DNA of 20,475 nucleotides, taken from positions 1 to 20,475 of the forward strand of contig BAAFSQ010000177.1 in the NCBI GenBank assembly GCA_054661495.1. Direction: 5' to 3'. This document shows positions 1-15,824 of the stretch, in pieces (within the stretch, counting starts at the first letter, position 1; each line of letters opens with the position of its first letter). Both the position numbers and the translations under genes were made by a program. This DNA comes from Zygophlyctis sp. KS116. Lineage: Eukaryota; Fungi; Chytridiomycota. The notes beneath the pieces were generated by a model. The model was not told where the DNA came from and searched no databases. It was given only the letters and a program-made list of their open reading frames with translations.

Positions 1-411
1 AGGATTTTGGAATTCCATCCATCATTATTACCACTGATGAATAGTATGTTGATGATTAGCACTACAAGACATACAAACATTTTGCAGACTAAATTACCCT
101 CCCTACTCAAAACCCGCACAATCCAATATTCAATTTCCAAGGGATCAACAGAGGCATTCGTCATCATAATGCAGATTGGCAATTGCTTCTCTTGGAGTAT
201 TGATTTCGGATTCAAAAACTGGTTGTAGCTAGACACGATCCAATAATGCAACACATGTAGTAGTATCCACTGTCCAATGCATTATTGATGTAGAATCAGA
301 TGATACATTAGATGATGCATTTAAGAAAGTAAAACAAATAGAAATTTTTGCCGTCTTAAAAGAGCTGGAGTCGCTTTAAAACAGACCTTAAAAAAAGATC
401 AGGTTTCATAA

Positions 412-1464
<1,053 letters not shown>

Positions 1465-1477
1465 TAATTTTCAGAGA

Positions 1478-2024
1478 ATGATTCTGTTGTATATTTTGAG
1501 TGTAATTATCCATTGTGTTTCCTGTAACACTGAAAAAGCCTTTGTATCAAGTCATACAGAGTTTCCTCTAGTTATTATTGACATGAATCGAGTTTTCGTG
1601 AATGAGTCTCCCTTGGAATTTCCATACACAAAACTGACTTTTCAGGGGGACTTTGGAGATATACCAAAGATTGATGCATACTACATTCTTCAAGGCATTC
1701 AAGACCAGTATGGAGAAGTTCGTGTTTCATGGACAGCAACGGTACTTTTACAACATCTGACTCTAGATTCCTCTAGCTTTTACATTCTCATTCCTCACTA
1801 TAAACAATACAAAGTTTGCTAAATTGAGTGTGACCAAATCTGGTATCAGTAAACATGGATTTTCCTATAATCACTTGGAATTCACCCTGACTCTAGAAAA
1901 ACTCTATTTGCAAGTAATACCTGTTTCATTTATTCCAGTACTCGTAGAAATTCTACTGTCATTGACACTAGCATGGCGTTTGTATCCAATACTTTTAAAT
2001 TTCATTCACAGTAAAAATGATTAA
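1478..2024 (+). CDS. PGA1: Pga1-like ER membrane protein (GPI mannosyltransferase II co-activator family), about 173 aa; exons 1478-1741, 1767-2024
   Basis: Signal peptide MILLYILSVIIHCVSC followed by NTEK; EVRVSWTAT|IPLAF after splicing; FTLTLEKLYLQVIP then a C-terminal hydrophobic segment. This layout matches my recollection of fungal Pga1-family proteins. Confidence 0.65.
1742..1766 (+). other. Spliceosomal intron, 25 nt (PGA1-like)
   Basis: gtacttttacaacatctgactctag; removal joins the two ORF frames; contains a CTGAC branch-like motif. Confidence 0.85.
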
Positions 2025-2028
2025 ATCT

Positions 2029-2664
2029 CTATTGGCCACTCAACAAGATTTCTATTGCCTTTGTTTCATCCCCATTAAACTTTCTCAATGCAGCAATTGT
2101 AGACGCTCTATCGAAACCCATATCTAAAATCTTTTTAATAGACTCCTTGTCTAATCCTTCATCATCAGCCTCCTGGACATGATTTGAATTTGCATACTTT
2201 AAAGTCCATTCTTTTGCAGTAGCATCAAAAGACTTTCGATCAGAGAGATAATGTTTTGCAACTTCAGCATCTTGAGGATCATTAGGCTGTGCATCAAAGA
2301 GAAGTGACTGAAGAGAAATCAAGGAAGTTTTAAGAGTTAGCACAGGGGTCCAATTATCCTTTAAAATGTCAAGACAAATTGCACCGGTTTGAGAAGAAAT
2401 ATTAGGATGATAGACTTTGGTATCAAATTTCATTTTTGGGGGCTTGTAAGGATAATCTAGTCTCTAAACTCACAGGAAATTACCTTCTGGAATCTGAATA
2501 TCAACGATAAATGTGCCACCTTCATAAGGAGTGTCTTTTGGACCCAAAAAAGTTCCCTTGAGTCGGCAATAATTATCTTGTACTAGCGCTATTTCTAAAT
2601 TGCAGCTAGGATCTTTCTTTATCTGTCGAATCTCTCTTTCTATTCGCTGAATGTGCTGACCCAT
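2029..2664 (-). CDS. UBC1: E2 ubiquitin-conjugating enzyme Ubc1/UBE2K with C-terminal UBA domain, about 202 aa; exons 2664-2484, 2456-2029
   Basis: GPKDTPYEGGTF, spliced IPEDYPYKPPKMKF, HPN motif, catalytic GAICLDILK, UBA (MGFDR...AIEILL). Confidence 0.95.
2457..2483 (-). other. Spliceosomal intron, 27 nt (UBC1)
   Basis: gtaatttcctgtgagtttagagactag; in-frame TGA; removal restores PEDYPY. Confidence 0.93.
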
Positions 2665-2699
2665 TTTCTCAAGAATAAAGTTTAGGTCGAAATATATTT

Positions 2700-3638
2700 T
2701 TAATAATATTCTATTGGATCCCTGTCCAATGTAGAGCAAAATACTTCAATATCTATATCATTGGCTTGATCTAATCCTTGATCTACCCTTAGAAGGGATT
2801 GTAAGCGTGGCATTAAGACTTGAGATAGATATCCCCTTTCTGAATTAGAATGCTCGACAAGAATAACAGTCACTCCATTCGCATTAGCTATGTATGAAAC
2901 GTTTTAAAATTAATACCTTCCAAAAGTTCATGGTGGGACATTTCCCCTGTTAGATAAACATCAGCTTTTACATCTTTGAGAACTGAAGCCCCTTTTTTCA
3001 TTATATAAAGTTTAATACCTGATCCTGCACATATTCCAATTTCCTTGATTAATTCAGGTGTTGATGAAGATCTTGCAATTCTTACTAATCGTAAATAAAA
3101 ATTTAAATACCAGTTTTTAATTTAAGATAATCCTTGATTAAATCTACGAGCTCATTTATTTGCGTAGGATTATGTAAACTATGTAATCTCCCTGTTCCTG
3201 ATCCGTCTTGAATACCGGAAGCCATCTTTAAAGGATTAGTCTGACCTGGACCTAACCCTTTGGCCAACCAGTCATTTATCCCGCCAAAAGCAGAATCTAA
3301 ACATGTATGTGGGGAGTAAATACTTACCCCGGCTGCTGCACATTTCTATAATTAATTCTACTTGTGAATACCAGAGCTATTTTGCTTTTTTCGTCGGATA
3401 GTACTAATCTTTTGAATGAGCGGAAAAGAGGAGGATGATATGCCACAATTACTCCTACTGCAGAGTCAGATAATGCTTCTTCTAGGACTTCATTTGTTAA
3501 ATCGATAGTCAAAAAAACTTTGGTTGCAATCCTGGGGGATGGGGCTTCTAATAAGACGCCGACATTATCCCAAGATTCGCCAAGATGCAATGGCGCTATT
3601 TTTTCCATAGATCTCACTACTCTGGCTAGTAAGCTCAT
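2700..3638 (-). CDS. NIF3: NIF3/DUF34 family metal-binding protein, about 276 aa; exons 3638-3372, 3345-3111, 3084-3019, 2991-2917, 2887-2700
   Basis: ESWDNVGVLL, LTIDLT, AYHPPLF, IYSPHTCLD, GGINDWLA, CAGSGASV, TGEMSHHE, EHSNSERGY and terminal DRDP all fall in frame after removing four tiny introns. Confidence 0.94.
2888..2916 (-). other. Spliceosomal intron, 29 nt (NIF3)
   Basis: gtattaattttaaaacgtttcatacatag; removal restores HHELLEANANG. Confidence 0.9.
2992..3018 (-). other. Spliceosomal intron, 27 nt, in-frame and stop-free (NIF3)
   Basis: gtattaaactttatataatgaaaaaag; removal restores CAGSGASVL. Confidence 0.88.
3085..3110 (-). other. Spliceosomal intron, 26 nt (NIF3)
   Basis: gtatttaaatttttatttacgattag; removal restores LKLKTVRIA. 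Confidence 0.9.
3346..3371 (-). other. Spliceosomal intron, 26 nt (NIF3)
   Basis: gtattcacaagtagaattaattatag; removal restores KIAL|KCAAAGVSIYSPHT. Confidence 0.92.
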
Positions 3639-3664
3639 TATTAAATCTATTAATTGTGTATAAC

Positions 3665-6600
3665 CTAGCCACTGACTTCAATTGGGAACGTTTGAATCAT
3701 CCCGTTGGAGAAAATGACCTTTAATTGACCAGTTATATCTGTTTCGTGTCCTTTGTCTATCGTATAATTGTTTAGGCTGACATCATACTTTCGAGGGCTA
3801 AATGAGACTGCTATTAGCATTTGTTCAGTTGGTTTTAGTTGGAATAATTGTTCAGTTTTGGAGATCGGTTCAAGGGATTTGGGTGCAGAAGTTTTCAGCG
3901 TAAAACAATCATTTGGTACTGTTTCAATCTTAAATAAGCAAATTGCATCTGAGTTGTTTTTGAGGAATGCATTAACCGTTTTGTAGTCATCTAGATCATC
4001 TGGTTTGTGGACCTTTAGCTTTCTTTTTACTCGAATTTTATCCATATCTTCTAATGTGAGATGAGGCTCTATGACTTTGGACTGAATGTGTATCCTAGCC
4101 AGTGATTTATAGTATAATTTTGTATTTGGTTTAACAGGAGCGTATCGAAGTTCTCCTCCAGCTTCTAAGTATGCTACCTCTGCTACAGCCAGTGCATTGT
4201 ATGTCCCAACTAGTGCGCTACGAAACAGGATTTTCAATGGCATGCTTTTGAAAGCAGGGATTGTCATGGATTGTGGTACGATTTCAAAAATGCCAATGTC
4301 ATTTTCTTTGACAAGATTTGAATCAAGGACGACTTCGGACATATTTAACCTTTCACCCGGCCCAATCTGATCAGAATATACGCTGTATTGAATGTAGACT
4401 TTCCAATTTAAAATGACTGATCGAGGAGATTGATTCTCAATATTGATAATCTTCGAAAATGTCTCGTTTGATTTTGGCCTAGTTTCGTGAGGAAGTATAG
4501 TTTGAATACGAGCCCCATCAGAGCATTTCCAGTTCAAGTTTATAATTCTAGAGCCAAAGTTGATTCGATCAATCCATCCTGCAATATTCTTTTTATTCGA
4601 GACAAGTTGAGCTCCAGTAAATTTAATCGAATTTCCAACTACATTGAGACGAACTCTCATGGTTTCATGAATCGATGTTCCCACTTCAACATGCAGCATG
4701 TCTTCATAAGTTCCAACCTAAAGTTTTATATGTATATATCTTACAAGATTATTATATGATATAATATCAATTCTAATTTCGGCCCAGGGTTCTAGTATCC
4801 CTTCTTTTGGAGTAGGATTGAATGCGACACCACGCCCATTTTTAAGCAAAGCTTGCATTTCCTGTACCATATTTCGAACTTTATTTATATTATCGATGTA
4901 GCTTTTCCCAGATTTAGAGCTAAACCCCAATTTAGACCTTGGAGTGCTTTTTAATAATTGTAGTTCATTCGAATTGTTAGTAGTGAAACATGAATTCTGA
5001 TTTATAGACTCATCATCCAATGTCGCCGTATAATTCTCAAACCATAGCTTGTACGTCGTACTTATACTAGTCATATTACGAATTATTAAAGTTCGTAATC
5101 GAGTTCCAAATATTGGACAATCTGACCCGAAATCAAAGTTTAATTGATTTACAGCACTTGATATATGAGCTACGTGAGATTCATGCCCATTTAAGCTAGC
5201 TCGCGTTGTGAAAGGTATTGAAGGCAATCCATTTTTTGCCCCTACTTTGAAAGCTACGTCAATATTATAAACTGTTGCGTCCAATTGAAGTCTCACCAGT
5301 CCTTGATCATAAAGCATTTCATCTACATCTAGTAGCAGAGATATATTCGAAAATACCCCTAGACTTAAAAATGTAACTTTCAGCGTAACCTCAACTGTTT
5401 CCTTCCCTTCAAGTTCCCCTCCATCGCTGGGAAATTCAACTCGCACATTTGAAATCTGTACGGGTTTCCAGCGGTATCTCGCATCAAGCATAGTAAGATT
5501 TTGAAGGGTGATATTCCAATCAAATGACACCCCGATAAAACAAGTAACATGATTTTTAGGATTTAACACTTGTAATTGTGGGCTTTGAACTTCTGCCTTC
5601 ATTTGAATAGCAGAAGCCGTAAAGAAAGACGGCACAACTTGCAACATTGAATGGTCATTCCCAGGAGTCAGATTTGCTGAGATTTGGCATTCTAAAAGAC
5701 CGCGAAAACTCTGGTGCCATGTCGGTACATATAGCAGTTCGATTTCACAACTCTCAAGAGCTTGTAGCGTGCCGGTACATGGGTCACATTTTAGATAATA
5801 TTCAGCATTTCTGTTGGTTTCTTTCTCTCTATTGTGCACAAATACTTTCCAGCAAATTGAATTATTAGATGTATTTACCAGATTAATTCTTTTGGTACTT
5901 GAGTTGCCCAGAGACAAAAGCCCAAAATCAACTAAAGCTTCACTGAAAGAAATCGTAGATGTTCTAAGCTGCACATCACCCTGTATAGGTACTTTTATTT
6001 CTGGGCCTACACCATGGCCTGTTACGCAAATAAGATTACCGTCCACACGAACTGGAAGTTTGGCCAAAATTTGTATTCCGATCACAATAGTTTCGTTGGG
6101 AGGGATCGTGCCGCAGGTTTGAGTCAATTCGACATCTAAAATCGTCCCATCTATATTTTCCAAAAACCATTCAAAAGCGATTTTTGAAACACTGTGATTT
6201 ACAATTCTTATTTCAGTAGAAAATGGCTCAAAAGCATATAAACCACTTGTAAGAAATATCAATGGTGGAGAGATATCAATATCATAATCTACGCCTTCTC
6301 CTAAGCATCGTATAACTAATGAGGGGTCTTCAAAAGTAGATTCAGTTGAGTTTTGATACTTTTGAAGGTCATTACAAATCAAAAGTTTTGTCAGAACATC
6401 ATAATGTTTGACTTTTTCGGGAGAAAAATTAATTTCAAAGAGTGTATCTGCTTCTGGATAGATCCAGCCTTTTGAAGGAATAACTTGAATTGATTCACTT
6501 TTGACAACGGAACCATAATCAAACTTTTCCCCAAAATTTCCTGGGTTATCGTAAGAAACCCATTTATACGGGAGCTTTAACCTAGTCTTATTTTTAACAA

Positions 6601-8749
6601 CTATCATGCTAGATGTCACAGCATAAGAGTTTTGTTTACCGAAATTTAAAACGAATCTACCCGCTTCATTTTCACTTTTCTCGAAAGATACTGGCATATT
6701 TCGAGGGTCAAATTTACTGATCTCCAATCTACAAGTTTGAGCAATTGCTACTATCGGCATTTCCAAAATCTGACCATTATCACAGCCTATTTTAACCATA
6801 ATTTTATCTTGACGCTCAAAAATATCCTCGAATTCATTCGAAAAGTCAATCTCCTTCGCAGTGTATGTTACATTAAGCTCCTTCTTCTCTAAAGTATCCA
6901 TCGTAAAATATGCCGGAAATATTTCAAAAGGCCCATCTTGAAAAACCACCTCTTCATCCACTGTTAAATCAGCTTCAATAGATTTGATCATCATATATGG
7001 ATCTACATTTTCACTCCCCTTGATTATCATAAACTTTCCAGGCCCTCCGGTATTTTGAAATTCCCACTTTCTGTGTGCAATAAATCCTGCCCTACAGGGG
7101 CCGCAGTGTAACGAACTGGGTATTGTCAATAGTGGAGCATTTCTCTGTGCATAAATCGGTACCACAAATGAATGTCCCATCTCGGTCGAAACATTAAGCA
7201 AAAATGTAATATCAGTAAGCGAATCTGGAATAAACTTGACATTGTAAGTGCAAGTCATTCCTGGAGCCACTAGTCCATCATTTTTTATCGGACTTTTTAT
7301 AAGTGAAAAGGTAAATGATCGGGAGTTTTCATTATTAGATGCCGGCTCCAGTCTAAATCGATGAGAGTGTTGAGTTTTATTTCTCATGCAAAGTTTTTTT
7401 GTGCACTCCTTTCCAACCTCATAATCAGTAAAGTATATGACTGCTGGTTCAGCGAAAATGCCAAAATCTTGATTATTTATGATATCTGCATCTGAATTTT
7501 AAACATTACTAAAATTACCTGATTGTATTGAATTCAATGAATTCTGTATTTTTGGAAGAATAGAGTACTTACAAAATCTAGGATTCTTCAAATAAGTTTT
7601 TCTATTATTCATCCGTTGCAGTACTTTTAACTCTTCTGGAGAATAATTCAGTACTGAGTGTTTTGGACCATGCTTTGGAATTTCTAGAGCTCCATTCAAA
7701 TTTTTTATAGATTCGGCATCCATTTCCAATACGCCATGTGTTTCAATATCCATAATTTTCATACCAGTATCGATCATCCATGTCTTTTTAATTCTGGAAT
7801 CCGTTCTATTTATTTCAACCTTTTTTATAATATCCGTCAATCTCTTAATTTTTTCATCCAAAGGAACTTCTTCAGCTCCAAAATTTGCTGGAGGATTAGA
7901 AATCAGATTAAACTTCTTAAAAGGAATATCTTCCAGCTGAAGAGCAATTTTTGGAAAAATTGGAGTACCCATTTTAAGACTAAAACCTTTCAGCGCATCC
8001 TCCTTACGTTTTATTTCAGCCTCTGATGCATTTTTCTGAGCCAATTCCATTCTTTTTTTTAATTCATTGAAGATTTCAGTTTTTTCAGTCCGATCATTAA
8101 CAATTTTCTTAATTTTGTCATTGTAAAGCTTTTGACCAGCCGAGTTAAATTTTCCAGGATCAGAATTAATTGAACTCATTGCAGCGTCCAAATCCCCCTT
8201 GAATGCCTTAATTGTATTCGTGTTTGATTTTGACGGAGGTCTCTGATTTTGATGTCTTGCATCAAGAATTTTCCTAGTATGTACTACAAATGTCTGCAAA
8301 GGATTAATTTCAAGTACGTTTTCAGTGATACTCTCTTCTACTTCAGAAACAGTTTTAATAATTTTGAGAAAATCATTAATATTGCGATTAAGAATTGATG
8401 ACATTGAATGATCCGCCACAGGAATGAGCTTTTCAGAACCAGATTCTTGAAGCATTGTGGATTCCAAAACTGATCGTCTTCTTGAAGCTCTAGAAGTTGG
8501 TAGAGTACCGGTACTTAATCCATCATCTATTTTAGGAGATACATAATTTCTGTTTCCTTCTTCTCCGACTGAAAGAGGATTAGAAAGTATATAATTCATA
8601 GTCTGCAACTTAACTCCAGTATTTTCCCGCGATAGCCTTTCAGTTGAAATTTGATCAGCATTAAACAGAACTTGGTCAGTAGATATTTCAATTGTAGATT
8701 TAGGAATTGTACTACTTTTATCAAAGTCGGTCAATGTATCTGTTTCCAT
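3665..8749 (-). CDS. DLEC1: DLEC1/CFAP81-like axonemal central-apparatus protein with repeated ASH/Ig-like domains, about 1676 aa; exons 8749-7519, 7491-4745, 4717-3665 (start codon uncertain)
   Basis: YLKNPRF, GIFAEPAVIYFTDYEVG, GLVAPGMTCTYNVKFIPDSL and YNNL|VGTYEDML resemble DLEC1-family motifs; repeated VDFG...N-type beta domains. An alternative start at ATG 8815 with a 39-nt intron (8773-8811) is frame-compatible. Confidence 0.82.
4718..4744 (-). other. Spliceosomal intron, 27 nt (DLEC1)
   Basis: gtaagatatatacatataaaactttag; its terminal TAG is the apparent stop of the 889-aa ORF, and removal continues the same frame. Confidence 0.9.
7492..7518 (-). other. Spliceosomal intron, 27 nt (DLEC1)
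   Basis: gtaattttagtaatgtttaaaattcag; in-frame TAA; removal joins the 416-aa and 889-aa ORFs. Confidence 0.82.
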
Positions 8750-8937
8750 TGTAATAATTTCAGTATGTAGTCCTGTATTACAGATTCGGAATTTAAATAT
8801 ACGTCATTTACCCATCTGACTCTTTAATTACTTCCAATGATTTGCAAGCGATGCATTATATATCATTCAATTAGCATTGCATTCATCCCCACAGTTCCCA
8901 TCTAATGCTCCAGGTGTCTGGGTCTGCATTTTAGGAA
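8750..8937. promoter_or_regulatory. Probable bidirectional promoter between DLEC1 (-) and SPT8 (+)
   Basis: 188-nt head-to-head spacer, the largest between resolved genes; contains CAGGTGTC at 8911-8918. The call is positional inference only. Confidence 0.5.
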
Positions 8938-10147
8938 ATGAATCAGTTTGACTCTCCAGAAATAGATTCTTATATAATACCCAACGACAATCATGCTGAT
9001 ATGTTTAAAAATTCTCATGGATATCATGTATCTGCAACTGTAATAAGATTTCTTAAAATTAGGGCGCTTCGGTGGCTCCAGCTGCTCTAAATTGTGTTTG
9101 TGCGACCGCTAATTTTAAATGGATTTTTACAGGCGGACAAGATGGATTTATTCGAAAGTATGATATAATGCAGTATTTTCAAGATCCAGTCTTACTCTCT
9201 GCAAATGTTAAACAAGGACTATCAGATTCTTCAATTATTAATTCAGTTTCATTGGTTTCAGCATGGGAAAGTAATGATTCTAGTCCGGTTGCAGTACATT
9301 CAATTGATGTACATGCAGAAGCAGTTTGGTGTGTTACTGGATTAGAAAATGGAACTATAAAGTTATGGACTGTTAGACAGGAAGAAGGAACTGTAATACA
9401 TTTTATTTTAGATTATAGTGTGTACATACAATTCAGGCTCATTCTTCTGCAGTCTCTGCAATTAAAATTTGTGGGGGAGAAAGGCAACTTTTATCTGGTT
9501 CATGGGATAAATCAATTAAACTTTGGAATTTAGATGATGGCTCTCTTCTACATGATTTAGGGAGTATGAAATCTCAGGTGACTTGTATAGCTTTAAATCC
9601 TTCATCTCAACAATCATTCTTGGCTACTAGTTTTGATGGAACTCTGTGGATTTTTGATAAATTATTTGAAAAACCAAGAATTTTGTCTTCTGGTGGACTA
9701 GAGAGTAAAAACAATTGGACATTGACTGCATGTTGGTCTAAATCTGGTCAAAAAATCTATATTGGTCGTAAAAATGAAGGTTTGGATCAAGTAGATGTTG
9801 CCACGGGGACCATAACTTCAACTATAAAACTATTGCGTAGTTCTGGTTGGATATCAACTCTACTAATGTTTCCAAATGATAGACATTTATTGATTTGCTC
9901 ATATGATACCATTAGACTTTGGGATCTTGAATTTTCTCCTTCTGAAGAATTACATAGTGATGGATCGGATCATGTAGCATTTTCAACGATTTCTGGACAT
10001 TGTTCTGCCATGGTATCATCTGCTATTATATCTGAATCTGGCGGTTTGCTGATTTCAGTATCTGGATCTCGGGGATATGAAGCTTTTAATTCTTCTAACC
10101 AACTCATTTTATACGAATTATTTCCTAAATTTAATAATGAATTTTAG
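8938..10147 (+). CDS. SPT8: SAGA complex WD40 subunit Spt8, about 386 aa; exons 8938-9039, 9063-9392, 9419-10147
   Basis: WIFTGGQDGFIRKYD, SPVAVHSIDVHAEAVWCVTGLENGTIKLWTVRQEEG, AHSSAVSAI, LLSGSWDKSIKLWNL, SYDTIRLWDL and GH...VS...SGSRGYE match Spt8-family motifs as I recall them. Confidence 0.85.
9040..9062 (+). other. Spliceosomal intron, 23 nt (SPT8), the shortest in the window
   Basis: gtaataagatttcttaaaattag; joins the ATG 8938 frame (34 codons) to the WD40 frame in phase 0. Confidence 0.8.
9393..9418 (+). other. Spliceosomal intron, 26 nt (SPT8)
   Basis: gtaatacattttattttagattatag; removal restores EEGT|CVHTIQAHSSAVS. Confidence 0.9.
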
Positions 10148-10186
10148 TTAAAAGTTTAACTGAGCGTTTAAACCCTTGAGGATAAA

Positions 10187-14946
<4,760 letters not shown>

Positions 14947-15001
14947 GAAAGAGCACCCTAGGTCCCATTTAAAGTCACGTTTAAACCGTGTTAAAGTCTG
15001 A

Positions 15002-15762
15002 ATGAGTTCTTCAATCCATCCGAAAATACAAGTTGAGTCCAAACAAGATATACTATTCTTAATGCAAGAGCTGGAATCATCAGCCAAAAGCATTCCAGGC
15101 TCTCAGCCTCTCCAAAAGGAAATTTCAAATGTAAACAGTTTAACTCAAGTAATAGTGGATAAAGGATATCTTTAAAATGGCATCTGGAAATATTGAAATT
15201 AATGGACTAGATTATGATACAGCCTTTGAGGAAACTATCGGTATCTCATTTCATCTTATTTTAGAGTATGAACCTTTGGATGAAGCCTTGCGTTCAAAAG
15301 TTGCAGCCTCGTCTGATTTAGTGTCTCAATTAACTCTACAAGTAACTCAACTACGTCAAAATATCCCACTAGAAATTCGTAAATTCGTAGAGGAAGAATC
15401 CAACACTTTTCTTAAATCTTTATCAGATCCAATCACAAGCGACGAAGAGATGAAAGAATTATGTGTTAATTATGGAGTAGATTGGAATAATTTAGAACAA
15501 AGTGTAAAGGAAAGTACTCAAATATTAGAATGCAGTGGTCAAGTAAGTTTTTTTGGTAATTTGAAAGAGTATCCCAGAAATGGTTCAGAAACTACAAAGG
15601 GCATCACAAGTTCTTGAAACTTTAGAAATTCCAACAAATCCTCACGACATTGAATTGAAAGAGTTTGACTCGCATGAGCAAGACGCGTTTACTCCCAAAA
15701 AAGGATTTAATTCTAAAGAATCTAGGCAAAAACTACTTTCTACTCTAACAAATGGATGGTAA
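15002..15762 (+). CDS. NSL1: Kinetochore MIS12-complex subunit Mis14/Nsl1, about 228 aa; exons 15002-15130, 15156-15240, 15265-15542, 15568-15762
   Basis: KIQVESKQDILFL, F..A..NIEINGL, EYEPLDEALRSKV...VTQLRQNIP and SIPEMVQKLQRA resemble fungal Mis14-family motifs; three tiny introns give one open frame. Confidence 0.72.
15131..15155 (+). other. Spliceosomal intron, 25 nt (NSL1)
   Basis: gtaaacagtttaactcaagtaatag; phase 0, joins frames. Confidence 0.85.
15241..15264 (+). other. Spliceosomal intron, 24 nt, in-frame and stop-free (NSL1)
   Basis: gtatctcatttcatcttattttag; removal gives EETIEYEPLD. Confidence 0.75.
15543..15567 (+). other. Spliceosomal intron, 25 nt (NSL1)
   Basis: gtaagtttttttggtaatttgaaag; joins to SIPEMVQKLQRA. 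Confidence 0.87.
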
Positions 15763-15824
15763 ATATTTTACAAATTGTAAAAAAAGATGTGTATAATGAA
15801 TTTTACTCTGGTCAAGTTTCATCC

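Noticed and set aside
8742-8755. X-box (RFX)-like GTTTCCATTGTAAT at the DLEC1 start
   Set aside because: Two mismatches to a good X-box, and half of it is explained by the coding sequence ATG GAA AC.
8867-8929. 20-codon minus-strand ORF MQTQTPGALDGNCGDECNAN in aaaATG context upstream of DLEC1
   Set aside because: It is back-to-back with the SPT8 ATG (8 nt apart), has no GTA donor linking it to DLEC1, and has no homology support.
15759-15786. Intron-like gtaaatattttacaaattgtaaaaaaag (28 nt) that might fuse NSL1 to SEC28
   Set aside because: Splicing it creates TG|A, a stop, in the NSL1 frame and shifts frame from ATG 15756, so no fusion protein results.
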